Shown here: one piece after another, positions 9,171 to 18,570 of the stretch
Layout of the letters: each line of letters begins with the position of its first letter
Numbering within the stretch: position 1 is the first letter of the stretch
Source: Planctomycetota bacterium
GTDB lineage: Bacteria > Planctomycetota > UBA8108 > UBA1146
DNA length: 28,362 nt
Direction: 5' to 3'
NCBI GenBank assembly: GCA_036338595.1
Contig: JAYZBV010000069.1
Span: 1-28,362, forward strand
Program-made: the position numbers and the translations under genes
The notes under the pieces: model-generated
The model's database searches: none
What the model was told of the DNA's origin: nothing
Seen by the model: only the letters and a program-made list of their open reading frames with translations

Positions 9171-10222
9171 CGGGATGGATCTTCCAGAAGGCCGCCGACA
9201 TCGCCTGCGAGCTGGCCCTCCACCGACATCTCGGCGAGCGCAGGAAACAGAAGTTGCGAAAATTCACCACAGGCGCCAGGAAAGATGATGCGACCGCCAG
9301 CACTGACCAGCTGCTCCGGGTGGTCGATTTTCGATACCTGGCTGCTGGCCTTCGCCTTGAGAGTCTGGGAGTCCTCGAGCAGCGGGATCCACTGCCTCCA
9401 CACATCGCGAAATGCAGCGTATCGATCCCAGTCCACCGACGGTGGATCAGCATCAACTCCGTGGCTGTCGCTGATCAGTAGCACTTCGTGGTACCCGTCT
9501 CCTCGCTCGAAGAGCATCGCTCGCTCCTCCTGCCAGTAGATGATGGGGGGCAATTCATCATCGAGTGCCACGGTGAAACTGGACACCGTCTCTGCCTGAT
9601 AACGATGCCGCAGGCGTAGGCGATCGAGCCAGCGCAGACTGTCGATGCCCGTGCAGATGTAAATTCTTCCTGCCGTACCGGTGCGAATTCCAGCACAGAA
9701 ATCGACACCGTCTGTCTTTTCATCCATCGCGGTCAAGACGGATCGAGGCAGAAAATGCCCACCCACCTTGCGGATTCTCCACAGCAGCGCCGATGCGACC
9801 GTCACCGGGTCGACGGTCGCTGCTTCCGGTTGGTGATGGCAACGAGGGCCCGCCTCCTGGAGAGAGGACCAGCGCCTGGAAGAGTCGGGTGCCTCCAGCA
9901 CCGTACTGGATGGCATCGTCGAGGAAGTGGTAGGTACCGGCACCAGGGCGCCGCATCGCCTCAGTTCGGGGTCGACTTCAATCCAGTCGTTCCACCCCTC
10001 GTAGAGTTCCCGTGCCCTGTGCACGATGGGAGACCAGGCATCGCCCTGTGGAGCCAGCAAGGGAATCCTCTCGCCGGTCGGGCCCGCCTGCGGCGAGTCG
10101 AGGGCATCGATCAGGATCACGGAACCCGCTTCCCGACGCAGAAGGTGGTCTGCCACCGCCAATCCGGTGGATCCTGCACCCACGACCAGGTGATCACATC
10201 GAAGCGGTTTCACCAATATCAT
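9167..10222 (-). CDS. FAD-dependent oxidoreductase, DAO/glycine oxidase/sarcosine oxidase-like (divergent)
   Basis: N-terminal Rossmann motif LVVGAGSTGLAVADHL...VILID, plus RRCGAL, ATVDP and AGRIYICTG. The length (351 aa) is typical of the DAO family. Confidence 0.78.
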   Translation of the reverse strand: MILVKPLRCDHLVVGAGSTGLAVADHLLRREAGSVILIDALDSPQAGPTGERIPLLAPQGDAWSPIVHRARELYEGWNDWIEVDPELRRCGALVPVPTTSSTMPSSTVLEAPDSSRRWSSLQEAGPRCHHQPEAATVDPVTVASALLWRIRKVGGHFLPRSVLTAMDEKTDGVDFCAGIRTGTAGRIYICTGIDSLRWLDRLRLRHRYQAETVSSFTVALDDELPPIIYWQEERAMLFERGDGYHEVLLISDSHGVDADPPSVDWDRYAAFRDVWRQWIPLLEDSQTLKAKASSQVSKIDHPEQLVSAGGRIIFPGACGEFSQLLFPALAEMSVEGQLAGDVGGLLEDPSR

Positions 10223-10378
10223 CCTCTCCCAGCAGCATCAGATGGGAGACTATCACCTCCCCACGGCGGGCTCCACCTCGACCGACTTGACCCGGGACCA
10301 CTTCTTCTCAAGTATGGTGACGGGCCAGGGACCGACTCTGGCTGCAGATTCAGGGACCAGGAAAGGAGCGCGACACAG

Positions 10379-10777
10379 ATGCTTCAACGAGTATTCAGGG
10401 AAGACATCGGCCCGGTGCTGCTGCTACTGACCCTACTTTGCTGCGTGTCCTGTCAAGCGACCGGCCTCCGAATCTCCGACACAGGTCCTTGGCCTGGACT
10501 CGCCTCGGAGGAACCCGTCGTGCGGACGCGCACCATCCTGGCCATCCAGGGTTCGAATGATCGAAATTTTGCGCCACTGCTGTTTCCGCTCCTCAATGAT
10601 CCCGATCGCTGGGTACGCTACAACGCTCGATCCACCATCTTGTGGCTCGCCGGAGATCGGCGAAACACGGCCCCGAAGTACGACTATCTGTCTCCTCCCA
10701 GGGAGCGCCGTTATGCCGTAGCCGATCACCAGGAGTGGTGGAACCGACTTTCCAGCCCCGAGCCTCCCAGCCCCTGA
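10379..10777 (+). CDS. Small lipoprotein with a HEAT/PBS-like repeat (132 aa)
   Basis: 3' part of ORF 9755..10777. ATG 10379 follows a strong SD (AAAGGAG). Hydrophobic VLLLLTLLCCVS-C lipoprotein-like signal, then HEAT-like LASEEPVVR and LFPLLNDPDRWVRYNA, and C-terminal WW. Confidence 0.75.
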   Translation: MLQRVFREDIGPVLLLLTLLCCVSCQATGLRISDTGPWPGLASEEPVVRTRTILAIQGSNDRNFAPLLFPLLNDPDRWVRYNARSTILWLAGDRRNTAPKYDYLSPPRERRYAVADHQEWWNRLSSPEPPSP

Positions 10778-10898
10778 TAATTCACTGAAGTTCTCCCCCG
10801 TCCGAGCCGATGAGAGAGATGAGCGATCCTCCATCGTCGTCACTCTTTCGTGATGGTCTGGTTGGTCGTCTCCGCACATGCGGACGGGAGTGGCCAAC

Positions 10899-12032
10899 AT
10901 GAACCGGGAAGTCAGCCCCACCTTGCGGTGGATCACTCGAATCGGAGTCACCAGCTGCGTGGTGCTGATGGCACTGGTAATCCCTGGTTTCTTCGCCTCG
11001 TGGGAGCGGTCCGACTCGATGACTTCCCTCTCGGTACAACTCCCCCACGCCGGATCAGTGCGTGTGGGAAGCGCCATCTGCTTCAGAGGATTCCCGGTTG
11101 GAAAAGTGACCGCCATCGATCTCGTGATCGCCGGTGGAACCAACATCGCTCAGGCTCAGGACGCCGAGGGCGCCAAGTTGATCCTCACCGGATCCATCGA
11201 GTCCCGGATCAGTAAACTGATTACCGAGGACAGTATCGTGTCGGTCAGAGACCTTCCCTTTCCATCGATCGACATCGTACCCGGTTCGGGTGCACCGCTC
11301 GGCAAGGACTCCACGCTGGTTTCACGCCATGGAAAGCTGGGTGATCCTGCCCAGGAATACCTCAGAGCACTGCAAGCTCTTCGTCACACCGCTGAATCGA
11401 TCGGTCAGGTCACCGACCTGATCAAGGGCCAGGGAGGTCTCCAGGAGACGCTCAGAACCATGGGAGATGCGGGGCACAGCGTCAGAGAAACTGCTGAAGA
11501 ACTTCGTATCCTGATCCGAGACGGGCGAAGCCCGATTCTCTCCTCGCTTCAACAGGCGGAGGAGATCCTGCTCGAATTGCGGGCCCATGCACGCTCCCTT
11601 CCCGAAGCGGCCGAATCGATTGTTCGTGTCGGTAGAAAGGGTGAAACGGTGCTGCGAAACATCGATCAGATGCTTCATGAAAACCGAGCACCGTTGCGCG
11701 CCACCGTGGAGAACTTTCAATCCACCAGCGAGGACCTCCATGGTCTTGCTTCGGACCTGAGGCGTCGACCGTGGAGAATCTTGAAATCTCCGGGCGACAG
11801 GGAAAGCGCCTTCATCGCGTTGCACGAGAGCGCAAATCGATACGCAGAGGGTGCACTGGAAGTACGCAGAGCCACGGAACAGGTCAGGGATCTGCTCAAC
11901 CGCCGCGGTGAGGATCGAGATGTACTCGAGTTTCTCGGCGACGCACTCAGGACACTGGGAGAGCGTCTCGATCAGCAGGCCGAACTGGAGCAGGGACTGC
12001 TACAGAGGACCAGAGACCTGGCACCTCGCTAG
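10899..12032 (+). CDS. MlaD/MCE-domain protein with long helical C-terminus
   Basis: Single N-terminal TM helix, MCE signature AGSVRVGSAICFRGFPVGKVTAIDL, IDIVPG, heptad-rich tail and DLRRRPWRIL. Start is ATG 10899 (after GGGAG) or 10878. Confidence 0.85.
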   Translation: MNREVSPTLRWITRIGVTSCVVLMALVIPGFFASWERSDSMTSLSVQLPHAGSVRVGSAICFRGFPVGKVTAIDLVIAGGTNIAQAQDAEGAKLILTGSIESRISKLITEDSIVSVRDLPFPSIDIVPGSGAPLGKDSTLVSRHGKLGDPAQEYLRALQALRHTAESIGQVTDLIKGQGGLQETLRTMGDAGHSVRETAEELRILIRDGRSPILSSLQQAEEILLELRAHARSLPEAAESIVRVGRKGETVLRNIDQMLHENRAPLRATVENFQSTSEDLHGLASDLRRRPWRILKSPGDRESAFIALHESANRYAEGALEVRRATEQVRDLLNRRGEDRDVLEFLGDALRTLGERLDQQAELEQGLLQRTRDLAPR

Positions 12033-15000
12033 CGCGCCGGAGGTGGGCTGGTATCGGACTGAACCTGCCTGCGCAGGACCTCTCTGAGTGGCACTGCGGT
12101 ATGGCTTCTACGAGATCTTGCGACCTTCCCTGGAGTACCCTCTACCACCACCTGCCCGCCGGCATCTCCACCTTCCGGCCCCATGTCAATGACATGATCT
12201 GCACAGGCGATCAGGTCCAGATCATGCTCGATGACGATCACGGTATCTCCGCGATCCACCAGTTTGTGAAGCATCCGGGTGAGCAGGCGAACGTCTGAAA
12301 AATGTAATCCGGTGGTCGGTTCATCGAGGATGTAGATGCGCCGTCCTCTGGCTCTTCGACCCAGTTCAGAAGCGAGTTTTACCCGTTGAGCCTCGCCGCC
12401 TGACAAGGTGGTCGCCGATTGCCCCAGAGATAGGTACCCCAGCCCCACCTCATCGAGAGCCCGGAGCATCGTAGCGATGGCGGGTATATCTTCGAACAGT
12501 TGAAGCGCCCCCCGAACATCCATCTCGAGCACATCGGAGATGCTGCAGCCCTTCCAGCGCGCCTCCAGAGTCTCCTTTTCATAGCGTCGACCACGACATA
12601 CCTCGCAGCGTACCCATACGTCGCTGAGGAAGTGCATCTCGATGAGGATTCCACCTTTTCCATCGCACGCCTCACAACGCCCACCCGCAACATTGAAGGA
12701 GAACCGACCCGGTCCCCAACCTCGCACACGGGCCAGGTGTGTTCGTGCGAAGAGGCTCCTGATGGGAGTCATGACTCCGGTGTAGGTGGCGGCGTTGGAT
12801 GACGGAGTACGACCGAGTGGTTGCTGATCAATCACACCCAGGCCATCAAATGCGTCATCCCCCTCGATCCCTTCATGGGCAGCGCTGGCTGGTCTGGCGC
12901 CGGCTAGCCGGGTCGCCAGTTCTCTCGCCAGGATGTCCATCACGAGGGTCGATTTTCCTGAACCGCTGACTCCGGTGATGCAGGTCAAGACACCCGTTGG
13001 TATCGACACATCGATATTTTTGAGGTTGTGTGCCGTCGCCCCGATGATGCGAATCTCGCCTCCGTCTCCACACCTGGGTACTCCGATCTCCGAGACCTTC
13101 TCGCGACCCGACAGGTACGCCCCCGTCACGGAACAGGGATTATTGATGATCTCCTCTGGCGTGCCCTCGGCGACCACCTCCCCACCGAGGACTCCAGCTC
13201 CGGGTCCCAGATCGATGACATGATCACAACTTCGAATGGTTCGATCGTCATGCTCCACGACGACCAGCGTGTTGCCCTGATCCCGCAACTCGGCCAGGGA
13301 TCCCAGTAATCGATCCACATCCCGTGCATGAAGTCCGATGGTCGGCTCATCGAGGACATAGAGCACGCCCATCAACTGGTTCCCGATCTGCGTGGCGAGG
13401 CGAATTCGCTGCGCTTCTCCACCGGAAAGCGTCTCCGTGGGTCGGTCCAGTGCGATGTATCCAAGCCCCACCTTCTGCAGAAAGGAGAGACGGCTGACGA
13501 CTTCCAGCCGAACTTGATCCGCAACCTCTCGGCGATACCCGGTCAACTCCAGCGCCTCAAAGAACTCGATGGCCTGATCCACCGTACGACCACAGAGCTG
13601 TGAGATGTTTTCGCCGTCAATTCGGACGGCCAGCAGTTCTGGTTTCAGACGCCCACCGCTACAGCCGGGACAGGAGAGCACGGTCAGGTGCTCTTCGATC
13701 GCATGGCGCCAGCGTGGCGAGTTGGCGCGCTGATGCCAGATGGAGACTCGCTCGACCAGTCCCTCCCAGCTGGAGCCTTTCACCCGTCTCAGTCGCCCAC
13801 TTCCACGCCGTGTCCTGAAGGTGACTGGATAGGAGAGGTCACCCGTACCGTCGAGAATCACCTTCCATCCATCTTCTCCGAGTTCATCGACGGCGCTGGA
13901 AGGATCAAATCCGTGGGCCATCAGTGCCGCATCGATGACTTTTCGGACCCGGCCGCTCTTTCTGCCGATCCAGGATCCAAGCCCGTGATCCATCGCTCCT
14001 GAAAAAATTGGTCGCTCAGGATTCGTGATCAACAATCGCGGATCGACCTGCTTCAGCACACCCAGCCCCGAGCAGGCGTTACAGGCACCGGAGTGGTGAT
14101 TGAAGGAGAACAGCCTCGGTGACAGCTCCTCTGCGAGCATCATGTGACCATCGGGGCACGACGGTCTGCGAGTGAAGCGAACCAGTTCCTTTCCATCCGC
14201 GTCGGCGACGATCAATCGATCTCCTCCCCGGCGGTACGCTTCCTCGACGCTCTCGGAGACACGCACACGACCCGAACGCGCCGGGCGGAGTCGATCCACA
14301 ACGACCTCTACCGTCGCTTCATCCGGAAAGGGGAGATCGAGATCCAGTTCGTCGAGCCGACTCACCACGCCATCGATGCGTACCCTCGCATAGCCCTCCC
14401 CTGCCACTTCTCCAGGCGATGGATGGGGAGCATCGAGTGGAGCGAGCAGCAATGTCGGATGCTCCGCTCGATCCTCCAGAATTCTGCCGCTGGCTGCAGC
14501 CGGGGTATGCGCCTCGAGTTTCAAATCACAGTGAATGCAACTCGCTTCCCCGGCCCTGGAAAAGAGAATCCGCAGGTAATCATAGATCTCGGTCGAGGTG
14601 GCCACCGTCGAGCGAGGACTCGATCCCCTGTTCTTCTGATCGATGGCGATCGCCGGCGCGATCCCCTCGACACGGTCCACCTCTGCTCGATCCACCCGGC
14701 CGAGGAAGCGCCTCGCATAGGTCGAAAGGCTCTCGATGTATCTGCGCTGTCCTTCAGCAAAGAGAATATCAAAGGCCAGCGTACTCTTTCCCGAACCGCT
14801 GGGTCCCGTGATGACGGTGAATTCCCCGGCAGGGATTTCAACAGATACATCTTTCAGGTTGTTCTGCCTCGCTCCTTCGATCAGGAACCTGTCTGCGGGC
14901 TCTCCCGAGCCGGAACCCCTCTTCTTTCCGGAGCGGCGAGCAGTTCGACGCTTCCCACTCATTTCTCCTGCGAGTGCGATCCCGGTCGCACTGCCGAGCC

Positions 15001-17731
15001 TGGCCAGTTGCTCGGGTGTGCCACAACTGAGAACGCGCCCACCCTGGGCGCCTCCTCCGGGGCCAAGATCGATGACATGGTCCGCCTGCTTCACCACATC
15101 GAGACAGTGCTCGATGATCACGACCGTATTGCCACTGTCGACGAGTGCATGAAGGCAACCGAGCAGGTTATCGATATCTGCAAAGTGCAAGCCGGTTGTC
15201 GGTTCATCGAGCAGATATAGCGTTCTTCCGGTGCTCTTCTTTCGCAACTCCGTCGCCAGTTTGACCCTTTGTGCTTCGCCCCCTGAAAGGGTGGTACTGG
15301 GTTGCCCCAGCGACACGTAGCCAAGCCCTACTTGTAGCAAGGTTCGAAGAGTCCGGTCGATCTGAGGCACGTCTTCGAAGAGCGAAGAGGCCTCCTCGAT
15401 CGATAGCGCGAGAATCTCGGAAATATCGTGACCACGCCAACGCACTGACCTCGTCTCCGCATTGAAGCGGGTGCCATTGCACTCCTCGCACACCACCTCG
15501 ATGTTGGCCATGAATTGCATGCCGATGGTGATGACCCCGGCTCCTTCACAGGCCTCGCATCGACCACCCTTGACATTGAATGAGAATCGCCCTTTTTTCC
15601 ATCCTCGAGCACGAGCCTCAGCGGTGCGCGAGAACAGATCGCGAATGTCATCGAACACCTTGGTGTAGGTTCCGGGATTGGAGCGCGGGGTTCGCCCGAT
15701 GGGGTTCTGATCGATACGGATCATCTTGTCGATCTGTTCCAGTCCATCGACACCGTCGTGATCTCCGGGTGGCTCCGTCACCAGCTCGAGGTACTCAGCG
15801 ACTGCCGGCTGTAGCACTCCCTGGATGAGTGTACTTTTCCCTGATCCGCTAGCTCCGGTGATGACCACCAGAGATTGCAACGGAATCTCGACATCGACAT
15901 CCTTTAGGTTGTGCATCCTCGCGCCACGAATCCGCACGAAGTCTGTTGATTTCCTGCGACTCGCGGGGATTTCGATCTTCTTGATCCCGGCGAGATACTG
16001 ACCAGTCAGTGATCGCGATACCTTTTGAACTGCAGTCACCGACCCCTCGGCGACCAGTTCTCCCCCTGCTGTACCCGCACCCGGTCCGATGTCTATGATG
16101 TGATCAGCACTCTCGATGGTTTCACGATCATGCTCCACCACCAGTACCGAGTTGCCCAGATCCCTCAAGCCCCTGAGGATCTCCAGCATCGCACTATTAT
16201 CCGCAGGATGGAGTCCGATCGAAGGTTCGTCGAGCACATACAGAACGCCACGTAGTCCACTCCCCAGTTGGCTCGCCAGCCGGATGCGTTGCGCTTCTCC
16301 ACCCGCGAGCGTATCTGCGGATCTATCGAGGGCGAGATAACCGAGGCCCACTCTGGAGAGAAACTCGAGCCGCGCTCGGATCTCCGGAAACAGTGACTGA
16401 CCGATACGGAGTTCCCTCTCATCCAGTTCCAGGGAGTTGAAGAACTCGTGGGCATCGTCGACTGTCATGGCGCAGAGTTGATCGATTCCATGTCCGCGAT
16501 AGCGAACGGCACGGGGCATCTCTTGCAGCCGTGTGCCGCCACAGGCCTTGCATTCCGTGCGAGGCATGTGCCGTTCCAGTTCTCGCCCCCCGTGCAGGTC
16601 ATAGGCGACCTCGACGAGCGGAATCAGACCTGGCCAGTCACTCTTTCCCCCCACCGATTCGGCCCCCTCGAGGAGCAACTTGCGTGCCCGGGGGGTTAAC
16701 TTCTTCCATGGCCTATCGAGAGAGATTCGTTCGAGAGTTGCGGCTTTCTCCAGTACCGACCAGGCCACGGAAAGGCCCCGGATCGATTTGCCCTGCCGCC
16801 TCAGGAACAGAGCACCTTCCCGGATCGAGAGAGACGCATCCTTGACCATCGTGTGTTCCGACGGAGACCTCCTTCTGCCGAGACCGTCGCATCTCTGGCA
16901 GGCCCCCTGGGCACTGTTGAAGGAGAAGAGCCTGGGCTCCAGTTCTGGCAAGGATGTGGAGCATGTCGGGCAACCAAATCTGCTGGAGGAGAGATGGGCA
17001 ACTTCTCCATCCACGATGGTCACCAGTCCGTCAGAGATGGTGAGCGCTTTCTCGACTGCTTCGGCTAGCCTGCCACGCTTTCCGTCCACCAGCCGTAACT
17101 TATCGAGTACGACCTCGATCGTGTGGCGCTCATATCGAGCCAACGCGATGGGATCGGAAAGGCGCATCAATTCTCCATCGATGCGAACACGGACAAATCC
17201 CTGCTCACGGAGTTGTTCCAGCTCCTTTCGATACTCGCCCTTTCGCTCAAGAACGATGGGAGCGCACACCAGCACTTCCTGCCCCTCCAGTTGCAACCAG
17301 CTGTGCTGGACGATTTGCTCGCGGCTGCGACCCTCGATGGCATCTCCACAACCGGGACAGTGAGGGATCCCGAGCCGAGCAAACAGGAGTCGTAGATGAT
17401 CGAGGATTTCCGTGATGGTACCGACAGTGGATCTCGGATTTCGCGAGATGGTTTTCTGATCGATCGAAATTGTCGGGCTGAGCCCCTCGACCGCCTCGAC
17501 CCGAGGCCGATCGAGTCGACCCAGATACTGGCGAGCATAGGAACTGAGGCTCTCGACGAAGCGCCTCTGCCCCTCACGACAGATGATGCCGTGTGCGAGA
17601 GTTGATTTGCCGGAGCCGCTGATGCCGGTGACGACCACCAGCCGCTCCCTGGGGATCGTCACATCGAGGTTTCGAAGGTTGTTTTCGCTCGCCCCACGAA
17701 CCAGCAGCGGGCGACCTGACGAGGCACTCAC
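12029..17731 (-). CDS. uvrA: Excinuclease ABC subunit A, double-length (two fused UvrA modules, 1900 aa)
   Basis: Two copies of GAxxNNL...GxSGSGKS...EGQRR(F/Y)xESLS, IDQK, FSFN, GLGY and GGEAQR. Four Walker A and four Walker B (LDEP) motifs, plus CxxC zinc-finger pairs in each half. Confidence 0.97.
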   Translation of the reverse strand: MSASSGRPLLVRGASENNLRNLDVTIPRERLVVVTGISGSGKSTLAHGIICREGQRRFVESLSSYARQYLGRLDRPRVEAVEGLSPTISIDQKTISRNPRSTVGTITEILDHLRLLFARLGIPHCPGCGDAIEGRSREQIVQHSWLQLEGQEVLVCAPIVLERKGEYRKELEQLREQGFVRVRIDGELMRLSDPIALARYERHTIEVVLDKLRLVDGKRGRLAEAVEKALTISDGLVTIVDGEVAHLSSSRFGCPTCSTSLPELEPRLFSFNSAQGACQRCDGLGRRRSPSEHTMVKDASLSIREGALFLRRQGKSIRGLSVAWSVLEKAATLERISLDRPWKKLTPRARKLLLEGAESVGGKSDWPGLIPLVEVAYDLHGGRELERHMPRTECKACGGTRLQEMPRAVRYRGHGIDQLCAMTVDDAHEFFNSLELDERELRIGQSLFPEIRARLEFLSRVGLGYLALDRSADTLAGGEAQRIRLASQLGSGLRGVLYVLDEPSIGLHPADNSAMLEILRGLRDLGNSVLVVEHDRETIESADHIIDIGPGAGTAGGELVAEGSVTAVQKVSRSLTGQYLAGIKKIEIPASRRKSTDFVRIRGARMHNLKDVDVEIPLQSLVVITGASGSGKSTLIQGVLQPAVAEYLELVTEPPGDHDGVDGLEQIDKMIRIDQNPIGRTPRSNPGTYTKVFDDIRDLFSRTAEARARGWKKGRFSFNVKGGRCEACEGAGVITIGMQFMANIEVVCEECNGTRFNAETRSVRWRGHDISEILALSIEEASSLFEDVPQIDRTLRTLLQVGLGYVSLGQPSTTLSGGEAQRVKLATELRKKSTGRTLYLLDEPTTGLHFADIDNLLGCLHALVDSGNTVVIIEHCLDVVKQADHVIDLGPGGGAQGGRVLSCGTPEQLARLGSATGIALAGEMSGKRRTARRSGKKRGSGSGEPADRFLIEGARQNNLKDVSVEIPAGEFTVITGPSGSGKSTLAFDILFAEGQRRYIESLSTYARRFLGRVDRAEVDRVEGIAPAIAIDQKNRGSSPRSTVATSTEIYDYLRILFSRAGEASCIHCDLKLEAHTPAAASGRILEDRAEHPTLLLAPLDAPHPSPGEVAGEGYARVRIDGVVSRLDELDLDLPFPDEATVEVVVDRLRPARSGRVRVSESVEEAYRRGGDRLIVADADGKELVRFTRRPSCPDGHMMLAEELSPRLFSFNHHSGACNACSGLGVLKQVDPRLLITNPERPIFSGAMDHGLGSWIGRKSGRVRKVIDAALMAHGFDPSSAVDELGEDGWKVILDGTGDLSYPVTFRTRRGSGRLRRVKGSSWEGLVERVSIWHQRANSPRWRHAIEEHLTVLSCPGCSGGRLKPELLAVRIDGENISQLCGRTVDQAIEFFEALELTGYRREVADQVRLEVVSRLSFLQKVGLGYIALDRPTETLSGGEAQRIRLATQIGNQLMGVLYVLDEPTIGLHARDVDRLLGSLAELRDQGNTLVVVEHDDRTIRSCDHVIDLGPGAGVLGGEVVAEGTPEEIINNPCSVTGAYLSGREKVSEIGVPRCGDGGEIRIIGATAHNLKNIDVSIPTGVLTCITGVSGSGKSTLVMDILARELATRLAGARPASAAHEGIEGDDAFDGLGVIDQQPLGRTPSSNAATYTGVMTPIRSLFARTHLARVRGWGPGRFSFNVAGGRCEACDGKGGILIEMHFLSDVWVRCEVCRGRRYEKETLEARWKGCSISDVLEMDVRGALQLFEDIPAIATMLRALDEVGLGYLSLGQSATTLSGGEAQRVKLASELGRRARGRRIYILDEPTTGLHFSDVRLLTRMLHKLVDRGDTVIVIEHDLDLIACADHVIDMGPEGGDAGGQVVVEGTPGKVARSRRSHTAVPLREVLRRQVQSDTSPPPAR

Positions 17732-18570
17732 CGGCTCCCCCCGACCCTGTCAGCGGGCGGAACTGCGGGTCGAACCAGGTCCAGCAGCACCGGATGGAGT
17801 TCTGGCGTTGCCGCAACGATGCTGCCGCCCAGCAACCAGTCGTCGCCGCCGACGCCATCGGTCACGACGCCACCCGCTTCTCGGATCAGCAATGCCCCCG
17901 CAGCGACGTCATGTGGCTGGAGGTAGAACTCCCAGAATCCCTGAAATATGCCCGCTGCGGTGAACGCCAGATCGAGGCAAGCACTACCACCTCGACGAAT
18001 CTCCTGCGCTCGCCTCAGTAGCGACTCGAAGACCGCCAGCGCTCCATGATCCAGTTCCTTTCTCTGATAACTGAATCCCGTGGCGAGCAGGCAATCGGCC
18101 AGATCTGCCGTCGAATTCACCGCCAGTTTCTCGCCTTCCAGAACGTTTCCAGTGCGCTTCCAGGCGCCACGATTGCGGATCGCCCACCATGTCTCGGCGA
18201 GCATCGGTGAGTGGGTGATACTGGCAACGGGTCCTTCTTCATCCACGAGCGCAGCAGAAACGCTGTAGTGCGGGTGCTGATGAGAGTAGTTGGTCGTGCC
18301 ATCGAGGGGATCCACGATCCAGCAGCGGCCACTGGAAGGAAGCTCGCCTCCCGACTCCTCTGCCAGTACAGCATCATCCGGGTGCCATCGGTGGAGGCCC
18401 TCGATGATATGCCTCTCGGAACTGAGATCGGCATCGGTGACAAGATCTCGAAATCCCTTTTTTTCAATCGACCGCAAGTTCTTCTGGCATCGGAGCAGCA
18501 CCCTTCCTGCGCCTTCGATGAGGTCGATCACCGGATCGAGTTCCCCACCTCCAGGCAGATCAAGAGGCAC
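17728..18570 (-). CDS. suhB: Inositol monophosphatase family protein (SuhB-like)
   Basis: DLVTDAD, LAEES, WIVDPLDGTTNY, RRGGSACLDL and WEFYLQPHDVAAG. Probable GTG start at 18570, overlapping the ddl stop. Confidence 0.9.
   Translation of the reverse strand: MPLDLPGGGELDPVIDLIEGAGRVLLRCQKNLRSIEKKGFRDLVTDADLSSERHIIEGLHRWHPDDAVLAEESGGELPSSGRCWIVDPLDGTTNYSHQHPHYSVSAALVDEEGPVASITHSPMLAETWWAIRNRGAWKRTGNVLEGEKLAVNSTADLADCLLATGFSYQRKELDHGALAVFESLLRRAQEIRRGGSACLDLAFTAAGIFQGFWEFYLQPHDVAAGALLIREAGGVVTDGVGGDDWLLGGSIVAATPELHPVLLDLVRPAVPPADRVGGSR

Noticed and set aside
10287..10318. TTGACC...TATGGT promoter-like pair upstream of the lipoprotein gene
   Set aside because: The 20-nt spacer is too long for sigma70.
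9755..10378. 5' extension of ORF 9755..10777
   Set aside because: Overlaps the oxidoreductase on the opposite strand. The SD and signal peptide point to ATG 10379.
14144..15220. 358-aa + strand ORF inside uvrA
   Set aside because: Antisense shadow of a conserved gene.
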